Made by a program: the position numbers and the translations under genes. This document shows positions 20,167 through 28,598 of a DNA stretch of 64,000 nt, piece after piece. The stretch is from Bacteroidales bacterium (lineage in GTDB: Bacteria; Bacteroidota; Bacteroidia; Bacteroidales; Paludibacteraceae): assembly GCA_015061115.1 (NCBI GenBank), contig SUXE01000006.1, positions 1-64,000 of the forward strand, given 5' to 3'. The notes under the pieces were generated by a model. That model was not told where the DNA came from. It saw only the letters and a program-made list of their open reading frames with translations, and searched no databases. Position 1 is the stretch's first letter, and the number at the start of each line of letters is the position of its first letter.

Positions 20167-20318
20167 GGTGGGGAAGATCAACGGTTGATTCCGTGGAAAG
20201 AATTGCAGACGAGGTTCAGCGTCCCGTGTATATCTGGAATCTCCTAAAGTTTGGCGGTCTGCAATAGCGTCGACACGGCCTAGGACTGAAAGCGGTTCGA
20301 CTCCGCACCCCATCACTA
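20167..20318 (+). ncRNA. tRNA-like structured RNA 'A': acceptor GGUGGGG/CCCCAUC, T-arm AGCGG-UUCGACU-CCGCA, discriminator A
   Basis: All 7 acceptor pairs form, including G-U. A conserved 26-nt motif (cccYccacgggttggcggggcRaaat) lies immediately upstream, as for RNA B. Long internal pairings (TTGCAGACG/CGTCTGCAA). Confidence 0.45.
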
Positions 20319-20613
20319 AGCCCGTGAGGGTCGTCCAGAATACATGTTATAAAATAAGACCGCCTTACGGGTTAGGGCGGTGACAAGGGGGCAACATGAG
20401 GCCAGTGTAGCAAGGAAGCACAGCGTTCCTGCTTGGCCTGAGACACTGGTAGGATGTGTTTGTGGCTGGGATTACCCTGTATAAAAGCCTGCAAGTCACA
20501 GACGGAGTTTCGATTACTTCTGCTCCCACAAAAGCCCGTGAGGGTGCTAATTATTGTTTTTTGTTATTAAATGTTAAAAAGCAAGCCCCACCACGGGTTG
20601 GCGGGGCGAAATC

Positions 20614-20713
20614 GGGAGGAAGGCGACGGCAGCAGAGAACGTGTCAAGCTGATCATTCAGCGAGTCCGGAAAATTTGACCCTGAAAGCGGTTCGACTCCG
20701 CAGACTCCCACTC
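20614..20713 (+). ncRNA. tRNA-like structured RNA 'B': acceptor GGGAGGA/GACUCCC, same T-arm as A
   Basis: The 5' 24 nt are homologous to RNA C (GGGAGGAAGGCGACGGCAGC vs GGGCAGAAGGCAACGGCAGC). Acceptor stem has 5 bp plus conserved tandem G.A/A.G. Confidence 0.45.
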
Positions 20714-20774
20714 TGTACGATCTTTTTGATTATATATTTCTCAGTCGGCATTTGTGAAAACCCCGACTGCAACC

Positions 20775-20867
20775 GGGCAGAAGGCAACGGCAGCTGACTA
20801 TTGTCAAGTGATAAGACGACAATAGAACCTCGGTCTGAAAGTGGTTCGACTCCACAGATGCCCACCA
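20775..20867 (+). ncRNA. tRNA-like structured RNA 'C': acceptor GGGCAGA/GAUGCCC, T-arm AGUGG-UUCGACU-CCACA, discriminator A plus encoded CCA
   Basis: Compensatory changes relative to B at acceptor positions 4:69 and 5:68. Internal 8-bp/12-nt-loop hairpin instead of an anticodon arm. The 3' end abuts the excisionase gene. Confidence 0.5.
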
Positions 20868-20881
20868 AAAAAGTAACGCTT

Positions 20882-21217
20882 ATGAGTATAGAAGAAAGAA
20901 TTGATCGTCTCTCCGAAATGGTGAGCGAAAACAACAGGATGCTGGCTCTTTTGCTTGGCGAGTCAACACCACAGGTAGAGCCAAGAAAGTACATGACTGT
21001 CGCTGAGGCTAGCAGGGTGACTGGCTTGTCTGCACGCTCTTTGAGAATTTATTGTAATCGTGGAGATATAAAAGTCAGCAGGGTAGGCAAATATATATTG
21101 CTGCTCACGGAAAGCCTTTATGCCTATATCGAAAGCACGGCAAGACCGACGACAAAGGATAGGGTAAATGAAGTTTTACGTAACACAGACAGATGTCATG
21201 GGACAAGCGGATTTTAA
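20882..21217 (+). CDS. Excisionase-like / MerR-type HTH DNA-binding protein
   Basis: YMTVAEASRVTGLSARSLRIYCNRGDIKVSRVGKYILL is typical of xis-like HTH domains of Bacteroidetes mobile elements. Start chosen at MSIEERIDR; the ORF-track start at 20801 would overlap RNA C. Confidence 0.6.
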   Translation: MSIEERIDRLSEMVSENNRMLALLLGESTPQVEPRKYMTVAEASRVTGLSARSLRIYCNRGDIKVSRVGKYILLLTESLYAYIESTARPTTKDRVNEVLRNTDRCHGTSGF

Positions 21218-21461
21218 TATCACCTTCAGCAAGGTAATCGCAGAGATAGACAGACGGTGCAATGAGATAACACATCCTGTGCCGGATGACGTAAAGGTGA
21301 TTGAGCGCAAACTGATGACAATGGGTAAGATTGTTAGTATGTTGCAGGAGTCTCTGCCCATGTCTGCGGATTGTGTCAAATGGAAAGAATATGTAGAAGC
21401 AAGACTTAATGAATTGAGAGATGAAGACAAAAAAGCAGATAGCGAGATTGGAGAAGATTGA
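21168..21461 (+). CDS. Hypothetical phage protein
   Basis: 97-aa ORF. Confidence 0.35.
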   Translation: MKFYVTQTDVMGQADFNITFSKVIAEIDRRCNEITHPVPDDVKVIERKLMTMGKIVSMLQESLPMSADCVKWKEYVEARLNELRDEDKKADSEIGED

Positions 21462-21672
21462 TCGTCTGGTCGCTGAATACACCAGTCTTTCACAACAAGT
21501 TTCACAACAAGGAGACAGCCGCACAGAGATGTGGCAGAAACTTGAGGGTGATTTTGGGTGGTCACGGCAGCACATGATGAACATCCTAAAGGTTGTAGGG
21601 GTGCTGAAACCCAAAAATAATGTCAAACAAAAAAAAAGGAGGAAAGGAAATGAACGTAGAGTTGTTGCGTAG
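21421..21672 (+). CDS. Hypothetical phage protein
   Basis: 83-aa ORF, coiled-coil-like. Confidence 0.3.
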   Translation: MKTKKQIARLEKIDRLVAEYTSLSQQVSQQGDSRTEMWQKLEGDFGWSRQHMMNILKVVGVLKPKNNVKQKKRRKGNERRVVA

Positions 21673-22189
21673 AGAACTAAATCTGATTAAGGATGAGGCT
21701 CTGAAAAACAAGGTGGAGGCTATCCTACAGAACATTCCAGAAGTGATGGAGCATAAACCAAGTTCGCCATCGGGCAGGTATCATCCGGACTTTGACAATT
21801 CGGATGGAGGCAACATAAAGCACACTAAGGCTGTTGTCAAGGTTGCGGAAAAATTGGTGGACGGATTTTCGTCTTGGGATTATGCTTTGCACAGCATTAA
21901 CGCAGACCACATATATGCGGCTTGCATTCTTCACGACATGTGCAAGTATGGTACAGACCCAGACACCGCAACGCACACAGTGCACGAGCATCCGAAACTT
22001 GCTGGCGATTTGATTAGATCCGATTATCCACATGTTGCGTTTCTTATCGACTCCCACATGGGGAAATGGAACACTTCGAAATATAGTAATGTCACTCTGC
22101 CAGTTCCTGTGACGTTTATGCAGAAAATTGTGCATATCGCTGACTGCATAGCTGCACAAAAGTGGATAAGTGATAAGATACTTGATTAA
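21650..22189 (+). CDS. HD-domain metal-dependent phosphohydrolase
   Basis: H...HD...H...D pattern (RYHPDF, CILHDMCKYG, HTVHEHP, LIDSHMGKW). Strong RBS aaaggaggaaaggaaATG at 21650. Confidence 0.6.
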   Translation: MNVELLRRELNLIKDEALKNKVEAILQNIPEVMEHKPSSPSGRYHPDFDNSDGGNIKHTKAVVKVAEKLVDGFSSWDYALHSINADHIYAACILHDMCKYGTDPDTATHTVHEHPKLAGDLIRSDYPHVAFLIDSHMGKWNTSKYSNVTLPVPVTFMQKIVHIADCIAAQKWISDKILD

Positions 22190-22205
22190 GAAATTAAAAA
22201 AAAGC

Positions 22206-22940
22206 ATGGCAGGATATATCAAGCTATACAGAAAATTCGCTGAATGGGAATGGTATCAGGATGCGAATGTGACACGGGTCTTCCTGCATCTGCTTTTATC
22301 GGCAAATTACGAAGACAAGCGGTGGCGTGGACAACTGATAAAAAGGGGGCAATTTGTCACTAGTTTAGAGCATCTTTCAAACGGGTTGGGGCTGTCTATT
22401 CAACAGATTCGCACTGCACTGGAGAAATTGGAAGGTACTGGCGAGATAGCCAAACAATCAACAAACCAATATACACTGATAACTATTTGTAAATTTGATT
22501 GTTACCAAGCCGAAGGAGAAGCGGAGCAACAAACGGATAACAATCAAATAACAACAACTAAAGAATATAAAGAATATAAAGAAAGAGAAGAAGATAATCC
22601 ACACACATACGCGCATGCGTGCGTACGTGTGCGAGAGGAAGATGAAAGATTCTATGCCGAGATGAAAAGGGGTGGCACGCAATGGCAGGAAGATGCATGC
22701 AGGACGCTTAAGATAACATTGCCCGAACTTGCAGACCTTGTGTGTCAGTTCGAGGTGGAATGCAGAGCAAAAGGCACGACACACATAAGCTGGAAGGATG
22801 CATCAAGCCACTTTATTGATTGGGGTAGAAGACAAGTTCAATCAAGACAAAAACAACAATACTATGGCAGTAGAAATAAAGAAAATATTGACAAAAGGGG
22901 TGGGTTTGAACCAACCGACAACACGGATTACTCAGCATAA
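22206..22940 (+). CDS. Putative replication initiation / replisome-organizer (DnaD-like winged-helix) protein
   Basis: N-terminal IKLYRKFAEWEWYQD...LLLSANYEDK is typical of phage replisome-organizer N-domains; it is followed by a DnaC-like ATPase gene. Confidence 0.45.
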   Translation: MAGYIKLYRKFAEWEWYQDANVTRVFLHLLLSANYEDKRWRGQLIKRGQFVTSLEHLSNGLGLSIQQIRTALEKLEGTGEIAKQSTNQYTLITICKFDCYQAEGEAEQQTDNNQITTTKEYKEYKEREEDNPHTYAHACVRVREEDERFYAEMKRGGTQWQEDACRTLKITLPELADLVCQFEVECRAKGTTHISWKDASSHFIDWGRRQVQSRQKQQYYGSRNKENIDKRGGFEPTDNTDYSA

Positions 22941-23646
22941 GAACAAGATACGCTTGCCATTCTGCAGAGTGAGAAACGACATTGCCAACTACTATGTGGC
23001 AGAAGTGAAAAAGACAAACATGGAGTTGGTTGTGGATGAGGCTTTGACTGAGCCGATAGACCAGACGGCAATGTGGCTGACTGGCAGAACCAAAGAAGAG
23101 CTGGAGACAGGCTTGGCCCAAAGACCCGACCGGAAACTGGAAGACAAGAAACTGGAAATAACCGACGACGAAAAGATTTGGCTGTGTATTATGGGTGTAT
23201 GTGGAAATGGAAAGACGACGCTACTAAAGGCTATCAGCGAATATCTTAAACAGATACACACGTTTAACGACGGCAAATTTATTCATCTAGCCCCTTTTTC
23301 CTTCAAGTATGTGACAGCGGTGGAGCTGGCTGAGATGTACCTGGAAGACCGTAAGACGTACATGGGCATTCGCAACACAAAACTGTTGCTCATAGACGAT
23401 CTAGGAAAAGAGCCAGCTGAGATCTTGGATTATGGCAACAAATTCAAACCGATGGAAGACATGCTGCAGTATCGGTACAATGAGAGGCTAGGCACGATAT
23501 TTACAACGAACATGAATAGGACACAGGCGACCGCATACTACGGCAAGAGAATTGGCGACAGGATGCTAGAGTGCTGTAAGTATGTTGTGTTTGAGGGAAA
23601 AAGTTTTCGTGGCAGACTTGCACAGACGGAAATTCTGTTTCAATAG
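22867..23646 (+). CDS. DnaC/IstB-like AAA+ ATPase (helicase-loader-like replication protein)
   Basis: Walker A GVCGNGKTTLL; Walker B LLLIDDLG. Confidence 0.75.
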   Translation, partial: AVEIKKILTKGVGLNQPTTRITQHKNKIRLPFCRVRNDIANYYVAEVKKTNMELVVDEALTEPIDQTAMWLTGRTKEELETGLAQRPDRKLEDKKLEITDDEKIWLCIMGVCGNGKTTLLKAISEYLKQIHTFNDGKFIHLAPFSFKYVTAVELAEMYLEDRKTYMGIRNTKLLLIDDLGKEPAEILDYGNKFKPMEDMLQYRYNERLGTIFTTNMNRTQATAYYGKRIGDRMLECCKYVVFEGKSFRGRLAQTEILFQ

Positions 23647-23676
23647 TTAATTTATGAATTAAAACAAAAAGACAGG

Positions 23677-24498
23677 ATGAAAACTAAGTTGTTAAAAAAA
23701 ATAAATCGTGCTATTAGATTGTTGCAATCTATTGAAGGCGAGGTCGAGATTGCATATTCTGGCGGCAAAGATTCGGATGTGATTTTGCAACTTGCAAAGG
23801 AATCAGGAATTTCATTCAGAGCCGTTTATAAGAACACGACAATAGATCCGCCGGGTACGATTAAGCACGTAAAGGAGGTGGGGGCTGAGATCTTACACCC
23901 GAAAAAAAACTTTGGGCAGCTGATCGAAGATAAAGGATTACCCAACAGATTTCGCAGATTTTGTTGTGCGGAATTGAAGGAATACAAAGTCGCTGACAAG
24001 GTAGTGATAGGAATAAGAAGGGCAGAAAGCCGAAAGAGAGGCGAACGTTATAAAGAACCGACAGAATGCAGGTATTACGGAAAAAAGACAGAGGCAAACC
24101 ACGTCGTACAATATTACCCGATTCTTGATTGGACGGACGAAGATATAAGGGATTTTGTACTGGATAGAGGCATCAAACTCCACTCCCTATATTACACCGA
24201 AGGAGGAGATATAGACGTGACAAGGCGGTTGGGTTGCATGTGTTGCCCGTTGGCAAGTCGAAAAAAAAGAATTGCGGAGTTTAAAAAATATCCTCTCATG
24301 CTAAGGTACTATGCAAGGCATGCAAATATATTTTTAAAGAAAAAGAAGTTGGACTACGATGACGTTTTTGAATGGCTAGTCAGGGATATATTTTATAGCA
24401 CGCAGAGCAAATTTAACAAGAACAAAGAGAAAAATCTGTTTGATGACAAAATCGACTACAAATCTTTTTTGGAAAATTACTTTAAGATAAAATTATGA
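23677..24498 (+). CDS. Phosphoadenosine-phosphosulfate-reductase-family (PP-loop ATP pyrophosphatase) protein
   Basis: PP-loop IAYSGGKDSDVIL; C-terminal Cys cluster (CMCCPLA). Confidence 0.8.
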   Translation: MKTKLLKKINRAIRLLQSIEGEVEIAYSGGKDSDVILQLAKESGISFRAVYKNTTIDPPGTIKHVKEVGAEILHPKKNFGQLIEDKGLPNRFRRFCCAELKEYKVADKVVIGIRRAESRKRGERYKEPTECRYYGKKTEANHVVQYYPILDWTDEDIRDFVLDRGIKLHSLYYTEGGDIDVTRRLGCMCCPLASRKKRIAEFKKYPLMLRYYARHANIFLKKKKLDYDDVFEWLVRDIFYSTQSKFNKNKEKNLFDDKIDYKSFLENYFKIKL

Positions 24499-24896
24499 GG
24501 TACGTGAAAGTTAAAGTTGTTTGTTTTGACGAACAAGTGGGAAAAAATGTCAACAAAACATTTTTTGTTGATGCAGAATCATTCGCTGACGCAGAAAAAA
24601 AAGTTTATGAAGCAATTTATTCTGTCATGCCACATTCGCTAGCGAATATAAAAAGCATGGGCTATGTTCAGTTTTCAGAATGCAAGCTTACACAGAATGA
24701 TGGTGATTTCTACAAGGTCACGCTTTGCATGGTGTTTGACGACGAAAATACAGGCAGACGAAAAAAGACAAAATACACAATGCTTGTTGAGGCTATGGAC
24801 ACCAAGGATGCCCATTTTATTGTGGAATCAGAGTTGAGAGACGATGAAATTCTTAAGATCGAGAAGTTGGATGTTGAGAATGTAATAAGTTGTTGA
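24495..24896 (+). CDS. Hypothetical phage protein
   Basis: 133-aa ORF. Confidence 0.45.
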   Translation: MRYVKVKVVCFDEQVGKNVNKTFFVDAESFADAEKKVYEAIYSVMPHSLANIKSMGYVQFSECKLTQNDGDFYKVTLCMVFDDENTGRRKKTKYTMLVEAMDTKDAHFIVESELRDDEILKIEKLDVENVISC

Positions 24897-24900
24897 GGCT

Positions 24901-25089
24901 ATGATAAAAAAAGTATTAATAGCATTGTCTTATTTGGTTGTGTTTGCATGGGGTGTGTCTATCGGCAAGATCAAACAGCAACGCACAGAGACAGCATGTC
25001 TGGATGAATATGAAACAATATATTGTCGTATGATGGAACAGAGAGGGGACACAATAACTACCCTTAACACGTTGATAAAGAAAAATTAA
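24901..25089 (+). CDS. Small membrane protein (hypothetical)
   Basis: 62 aa with an N-terminal TM. Confidence 0.35.
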   Translation: MIKKVLIALSYLVVFAWGVSIGKIKQQRTETACLDEYETIYCRMMEQRGDTITTLNTLIKKN

Positions 25090-25094
25090 ATCTT

Positions 25095-25394
25095 ATGGGA
25101 AAAAAAATTTTTATTTCTGGGGCAATCACAAATGATCCTGATCACAAAACAAAATTTGCTGAGGCTGAAAAGCATCTGCAGGAACAAGGATATGTGGTGG
25201 TTAATCCTGCGAAATTGTCGGAAATCATGAACTCTGATGAATTCCAATGGGAGGATTATATCAAAGTTACTATAACTATGCTATGTGCTTGTGACAGTAT
25301 ATATATGCTGCAGGGATGGCAAGAGTCCAAGGGGGCAAGGGAAGAAGAATTGTATGCGTGGGTGCATGGCAAAGAAATAATTCACCAAAATTGA
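25095..25394 (+). CDS. DUF4406-like protein (nucleoside 2-deoxyribosyltransferase-like fold)
   Basis: MGKKIFISGAITNDPDHKTKFAEAEKHL...VVNPA matches the DUF4406 pattern (KIYISGxITG...FxxAExxL...VxNP). Confidence 0.5.
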   Translation: MGKKIFISGAITNDPDHKTKFAEAEKHLQEQGYVVVNPAKLSEIMNSDEFQWEDYIKVTITMLCACDSIYMLQGWQESKGAREEELYAWVHGKEIIHQN

Positions 25395-25401
25395 TACTAA
25401 G

Positions 25402-25857
25402 ATGACGTATGAATTTATAGGCAATATTTTGTCGTTTACAGAGAAAAGTGGGCATAGCTCAAGAGGCGAATGGCGAATGTGGGAAGTTGTGCTGGAGCAT
25501 GACTATACTGGACAATTCCCTAGACGTGTTGTCTTGAATGTGTGGGATGAGAACGTTCAAAACATTGTTGCTATATGTAGCGGCAATAAATCCCAGATAA
25601 GAATGCTTGTGTCTGTAGACGCAAGAGAAAGCAACGGTAGATGGTTTAATGATCTCCGTGCATATCGTGCTGAGGCTGTGAGTGTACAGCCTAACGCAGG
25701 ATATCAGCAACAATATCAGCAGCCGATGCAAGGTGGGCAGTTTGTAGCCCCTGCAGCTCCTGCACAGCCAATCCCCAGTTACCAATCCAATGGTCAAATT
25801 ACTCCTGGATACTCTCAGGGACAATGGCAAGGAGGCACGGCTGATACTCCTTTCTAG
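25402..25857 (+). CDS. DUF3127-like OB-fold protein with a Gln/Gly/Pro-rich tail ending DTPF (SSB C-terminal tip mimic)
   Basis: SGHSSRGEWRMWEVVLEHDYTGQFPRRVVLNVWDENV fits the DUF3127 core. The C-terminus QGQWQGGTADTPF* resembles the SSB DDDIPF tail. Confidence 0.55.
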   Translation: MTYEFIGNILSFTEKSGHSSRGEWRMWEVVLEHDYTGQFPRRVVLNVWDENVQNIVAICSGNKSQIRMLVSVDARESNGRWFNDLRAYRAEAVSVQPNAGYQQQYQQPMQGGQFVAPAAPAQPIPSYQSNGQITPGYSQGQWQGGTADTPF

Positions 25858-25880
25858 AATTAAAAGAAAAAAATAAGAAT

Positions 25881-26285
25881 ATGGGTAAAAGTTTGCATTT
25901 GCCAATGATTGCTAAGTGGTATGGAATGATAGAATCATTGCAAAAACCGCATGAGTATAGATCTATTACTCCATATTGGATTTCGAGGCTGGTAAAGAAA
26001 GAATATGTCGACATGATAAAAGCGGAATGCAGTGTGTCATGGAGGTTTGCCAAGTTGCATATATCATCAAGGATAGAGTTAGCAGGTTATATAGAACTTC
26101 TATTGATAAAATATGGAGACTATATTTTTAAGGAATTTGATTATATCGATTTTTCTTATGGATATACGAAAAGGCACATGGTATGGACACATGAAGGCTT
26201 TGACATTAGAGAAGGTAATCCAGAATGGGGTGCAAAACAAGGTGAGCCGTGTTTTATAATAATGTTGGGTAGAAGGGTGAAATAA
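25881..26285 (+). CDS. Hypothetical protein, weakly ASCH-like
   Basis: 134 aa. The N-terminal MIAKWYGMIESLQKPHEYRSI resembles the ASCH beta-barrel start. Confidence 0.3.
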   Translation: MGKSLHLPMIAKWYGMIESLQKPHEYRSITPYWISRLVKKEYVDMIKAECSVSWRFAKLHISSRIELAGYIELLLIKYGDYIFKEFDYIDFSYGYTKRHMVWTHEGFDIREGNPEWGAKQGEPCFIIMLGRRVK

Positions 26286-26345
26286 TATGAACAACAACCA
26301 TTTTCCTGACATCAGGAAAATGGTAAAACAAAAAAACAAAAAACT

Positions 26346-26642
26346 ATGGAAGTAGCATTAGTTTACACTTACATTTATGGAGTCCTATGGATGTTTTTTG
26401 CAGCTTGCGTATTTTTTGGAGTTGTGATTGCGTATGAAATTGGGCATTACGCTAACATCTATCGAAAGCATGCAAAGTGCAAAAAATGGTTTTGGGAAGG
26501 ATTAAAATTTGTCACAATGAATGTTGGGCAAGTGAAATTTACGAGAATTGCAATTTGTATTTTGCTCTTATCTATAATGTCATTTGGTGCGGTCTTTTTT
26601 GTGGCTGGATTGATTTTGCAAGACAAATATAACATTTATTAG
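26346..26642 (+). CDS. Small membrane protein (hypothetical)
   Basis: 98 aa, 2-3 TM. Confidence 0.4.
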   Translation: MEVALVYTYIYGVLWMFFAACVFFGVVIAYEIGHYANIYRKHAKCKKWFWEGLKFVTMNVGQVKFTRIAICILLLSIMSFGAVFFVAGLILQDKYNIY

Positions 26643-26644
26643 TT

Positions 26645-26854
26645 ATGGAGAAAATAAAAAACGGAATAATAATCAGAGGATTTACATATGAGGCCGTGGA
26701 GCAGACCAGATATCATGGATGCGATGATTGCGACCTTGCGGACGAATGCACTCAGAATACTTTTTATGACAACCCTTGCGAGTTGCTGAACGATATGTAT
26801 TTTGATACAGGGTTCAAGGCTATAATGTTCAAAAGAGTAGAAGATGAACGTTGA
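26645..26854 (+). CDS. Small Cys4 (CxxC-x5-C-x9-C) protein, paralog a
   Basis: Shares KNGIII...YEAV...CxxCDLxDxC with ORF 27626. Confidence 0.45.
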   Translation: MEKIKNGIIIRGFTYEAVEQTRYHGCDDCDLADECTQNTFYDNPCELLNDMYFDTGFKAIMFKRVEDER

Positions 26855-27083
26855 ATTTTGTGTGAAAATTTCTGTCGGTAAAAGACGGTCTCATATTGTA
26901 GACGATGTTGTTTACTATCGACGTTACATGGATTTTGATTTTGTTTTGCGTTGGCAATGGTATTTTCATTATATCTCTGCTCTCGTTCAAGTTCGTCATC
27001 CAGAACTGTTCGTCAGGACTTTTATTGGCAGAACTGATATGCTGACTTCAGCAGAGTATATTGAAAAAAACGTGCTGACTTGA
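26844..27083 (+). CDS. Hypothetical phage protein
   Basis: 79-aa ORF. Confidence 0.3.
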   Translation: MNVEFCVKISVGKRRSHIVDDVVYYRRYMDFDFVLRWQWYFHYISALVQVRHPELFVRTFIGRTDMLTSAEYIEKNVLT

Positions 27084-27274
27084 TTCGTGCCCAAAAAGCC
27101 AAGCTCACTAAAATTAAAGGAATTCCAGTACAATATGATCTGTTTGGATACAACCAGACAGAACGTGTAGAAAAGGTTGAGGCTATTGAAAAGAGACTGA
27201 AGGATCTTGAAAATGGGGTTGTTGATTTTTGGGTTTATGGCGATTATATTAATAAAATAAAATCTTATTTGTAA
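27080..27274 (+). CDS. Hypothetical phage protein
   Basis: 64-aa ORF. Confidence 0.3.
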   Translation: MIRAQKAKLTKIKGIPVQYDLFGYNQTERVEKVEAIEKRLKDLENGVVDFWVYGDYINKIKSYL

Positions 27275-27277
27275 GTT

Positions 27278-27607
27278 ATGGTAAAAAACGTAGAAAAAAA
27301 AATTGTCATTGGAGACAAGGAGTATCTTATTACTTTGATGTTAATAGATGTCTATTCTGGAGCAGGATCTTGGTTTAAGGTAAGAGTTGACGAGAGACAA
27401 AAAGGCAAAAGGAAATGGGTTGCTATAAAACTGACAAGTCTGGAAGATGCGAACTTGGCAAGATTGTGGGGAAAGCATATCGAACACACATCTTATTACA
27501 TCTACTGTATAAAGTCTCGCATTCCTGACATAGATAAGATTTTGCAAGAACTGAAAAATAAACTTGCAGAGAGTATCAAGGAACAGGTTTTAGAAATTAA
27601 GTTATAA
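27278..27607 (+). CDS. Hypothetical phage protein
   Basis: 109-aa ORF. Confidence 0.4.
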   Translation: MVKNVEKKIVIGDKEYLITLMLIDVYSGAGSWFKVRVDERQKGKRKWVAIKLTSLEDANLARLWGKHIEHTSYYIYCIKSRIPDIDKILQELKNKLAESIKEQVLEIKL

Positions 27608-27625
27608 CTAGGAAGAGTGTAGAAA

Positions 27626-27853
27626 ATGGCAGAAGTTAAAAACGGAATCATTATAGATAACGTCATCTATGAGGCTGTAGACTTTAATGGAAAAGATTAT
27701 GACGGAACGTCTGCATGTACTAATTGTGATTTATTGGACGTATGTGCGTCTTTGTATAATAAAAATAGTTTGTGCCAGACTTTTGTCTATGAAAGCAAAT
27801 TGTTAAGCGAGTATGTGATTTTTAGAAAAAGAAAAGAAAAATGGAATTGTTAG
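27626..27853 (+). CDS. Small Cys4 (CxxC-x5-C-x9-C) protein, paralog b
   Basis: MAEVKNGIIIDNVIYEAV...CTNCDLLDVC...C parallels ORF 26645. Confidence 0.45.
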   Translation: MAEVKNGIIIDNVIYEAVDFNGKDYDGTSACTNCDLLDVCASLYNKNSLCQTFVYESKLLSEYVIFRKRKEKWNC

Positions 27854-28311
27854 ATATATTGCAAGCCTTTAAGGAAGGCAAAATAACTCAATACAGAGGA
27901 CATGGTGATCAGAAATGGCAAAGTGTATGTTGTGGTCACAAATGGAACACAGAAAAATTTGAATATAGGATAAAGCCAGATCGAGAGATATATCCCTATA
28001 CAAGGGAGGAGCTGTTTGAAGCACTCTCTTTGTGTGGGCCAAAAGTTATGCTAAAAAGTACAGGAGAATTGTTTTATATCTCTGATGTGCTTTCAGATAA
28101 GATACTATTGAAAAAAGACAGAAAAGGGTCAGAAATATGCGTTTCATATCAGGACTTTGCAGACGGGTACTGCTGGAATAACTCTATGTGGCCAACGTCT
28201 TGTACGTTATGTGGCTGGGATTCGCAAATATATGAGATTGTTGAAGAACCAATTTATGATAAAGGAGTTCGATGGGGCACAGAAAGAATTGTTAAAAAAA
28301 GAGAAGTATGA
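27841..28311 (+). CDS. Hypothetical phage protein (Cys-rich)
   Basis: 156-aa ORF. Confidence 0.4.
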   Translation: MELLDILQAFKEGKITQYRGHGDQKWQSVCCGHKWNTEKFEYRIKPDREIYPYTREELFEALSLCGPKVMLKSTGELFYISDVLSDKILLKKDRKGSEICVSYQDFADGYCWNNSMWPTSCTLCGWDSQIYEIVEEPIYDKGVRWGTERIVKKREV

Positions 28312-28598
28312 CAGAAAAAGACAACAGATTTTATAAGCATTTAAGGAAATGCATCTCAAAGATTGATGAGTTTGGGGAAATGACAATATATCCGTCTATG
28401 TACCCGAATTTTATTGCACCTTTTGTTCCGTTCAGGAGTACCATTTTTGGTTGCACTTTTGATTGTGTTCCTGATTGTATTATACAAACAGATGGCAGCC
28501 TATGCGTAGGCTTAATTGATTTTATATCATTTTTTGATGATTATGATTCGGTTGAAAAGGCTTTGTTTAACCATTTTAACATTGACGAAGATGAGTAA
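28308..28598 (+). CDS. Hypothetical phage protein
   Basis: 96-aa ORF. Confidence 0.4.
   Translation: MTEKDNRFYKHLRKCISKIDEFGEMTIYPSMYPNFIAPFVPFRSTIFGCTFDCVPDCIIQTDGSLCVGLIDFISFFDDYDSVEKALFNHFNIDEDE

Noticed and set aside
19923-20867. Interpretation of the T-arm copies as att-site duplicates of one tRNA/tmRNA 3' end, or as a tmRNA gene
   Set aside because: The acceptor 3' strands differ between copies, so they are not one duplicated tRNA 3' end, and each has its own complementary 5' strand. No tag-peptide reading frame (…YALAA*) or pseudoknot series was seen. Only one copy carries CCA, and the spacing is incompatible with a ~350-nt ssrA.
20047-20994. ORFs 20047..20316 (-), 20456..20797 (+) and 20653..20994 (-), and the upstream extension of 20801..21217
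   Set aside because: They overlap the tRNA-like RNA array. They have Gly/Pro/Arg-rich compositions typical of translated structured-RNA DNA, and the excisionase has a better start at 20882.
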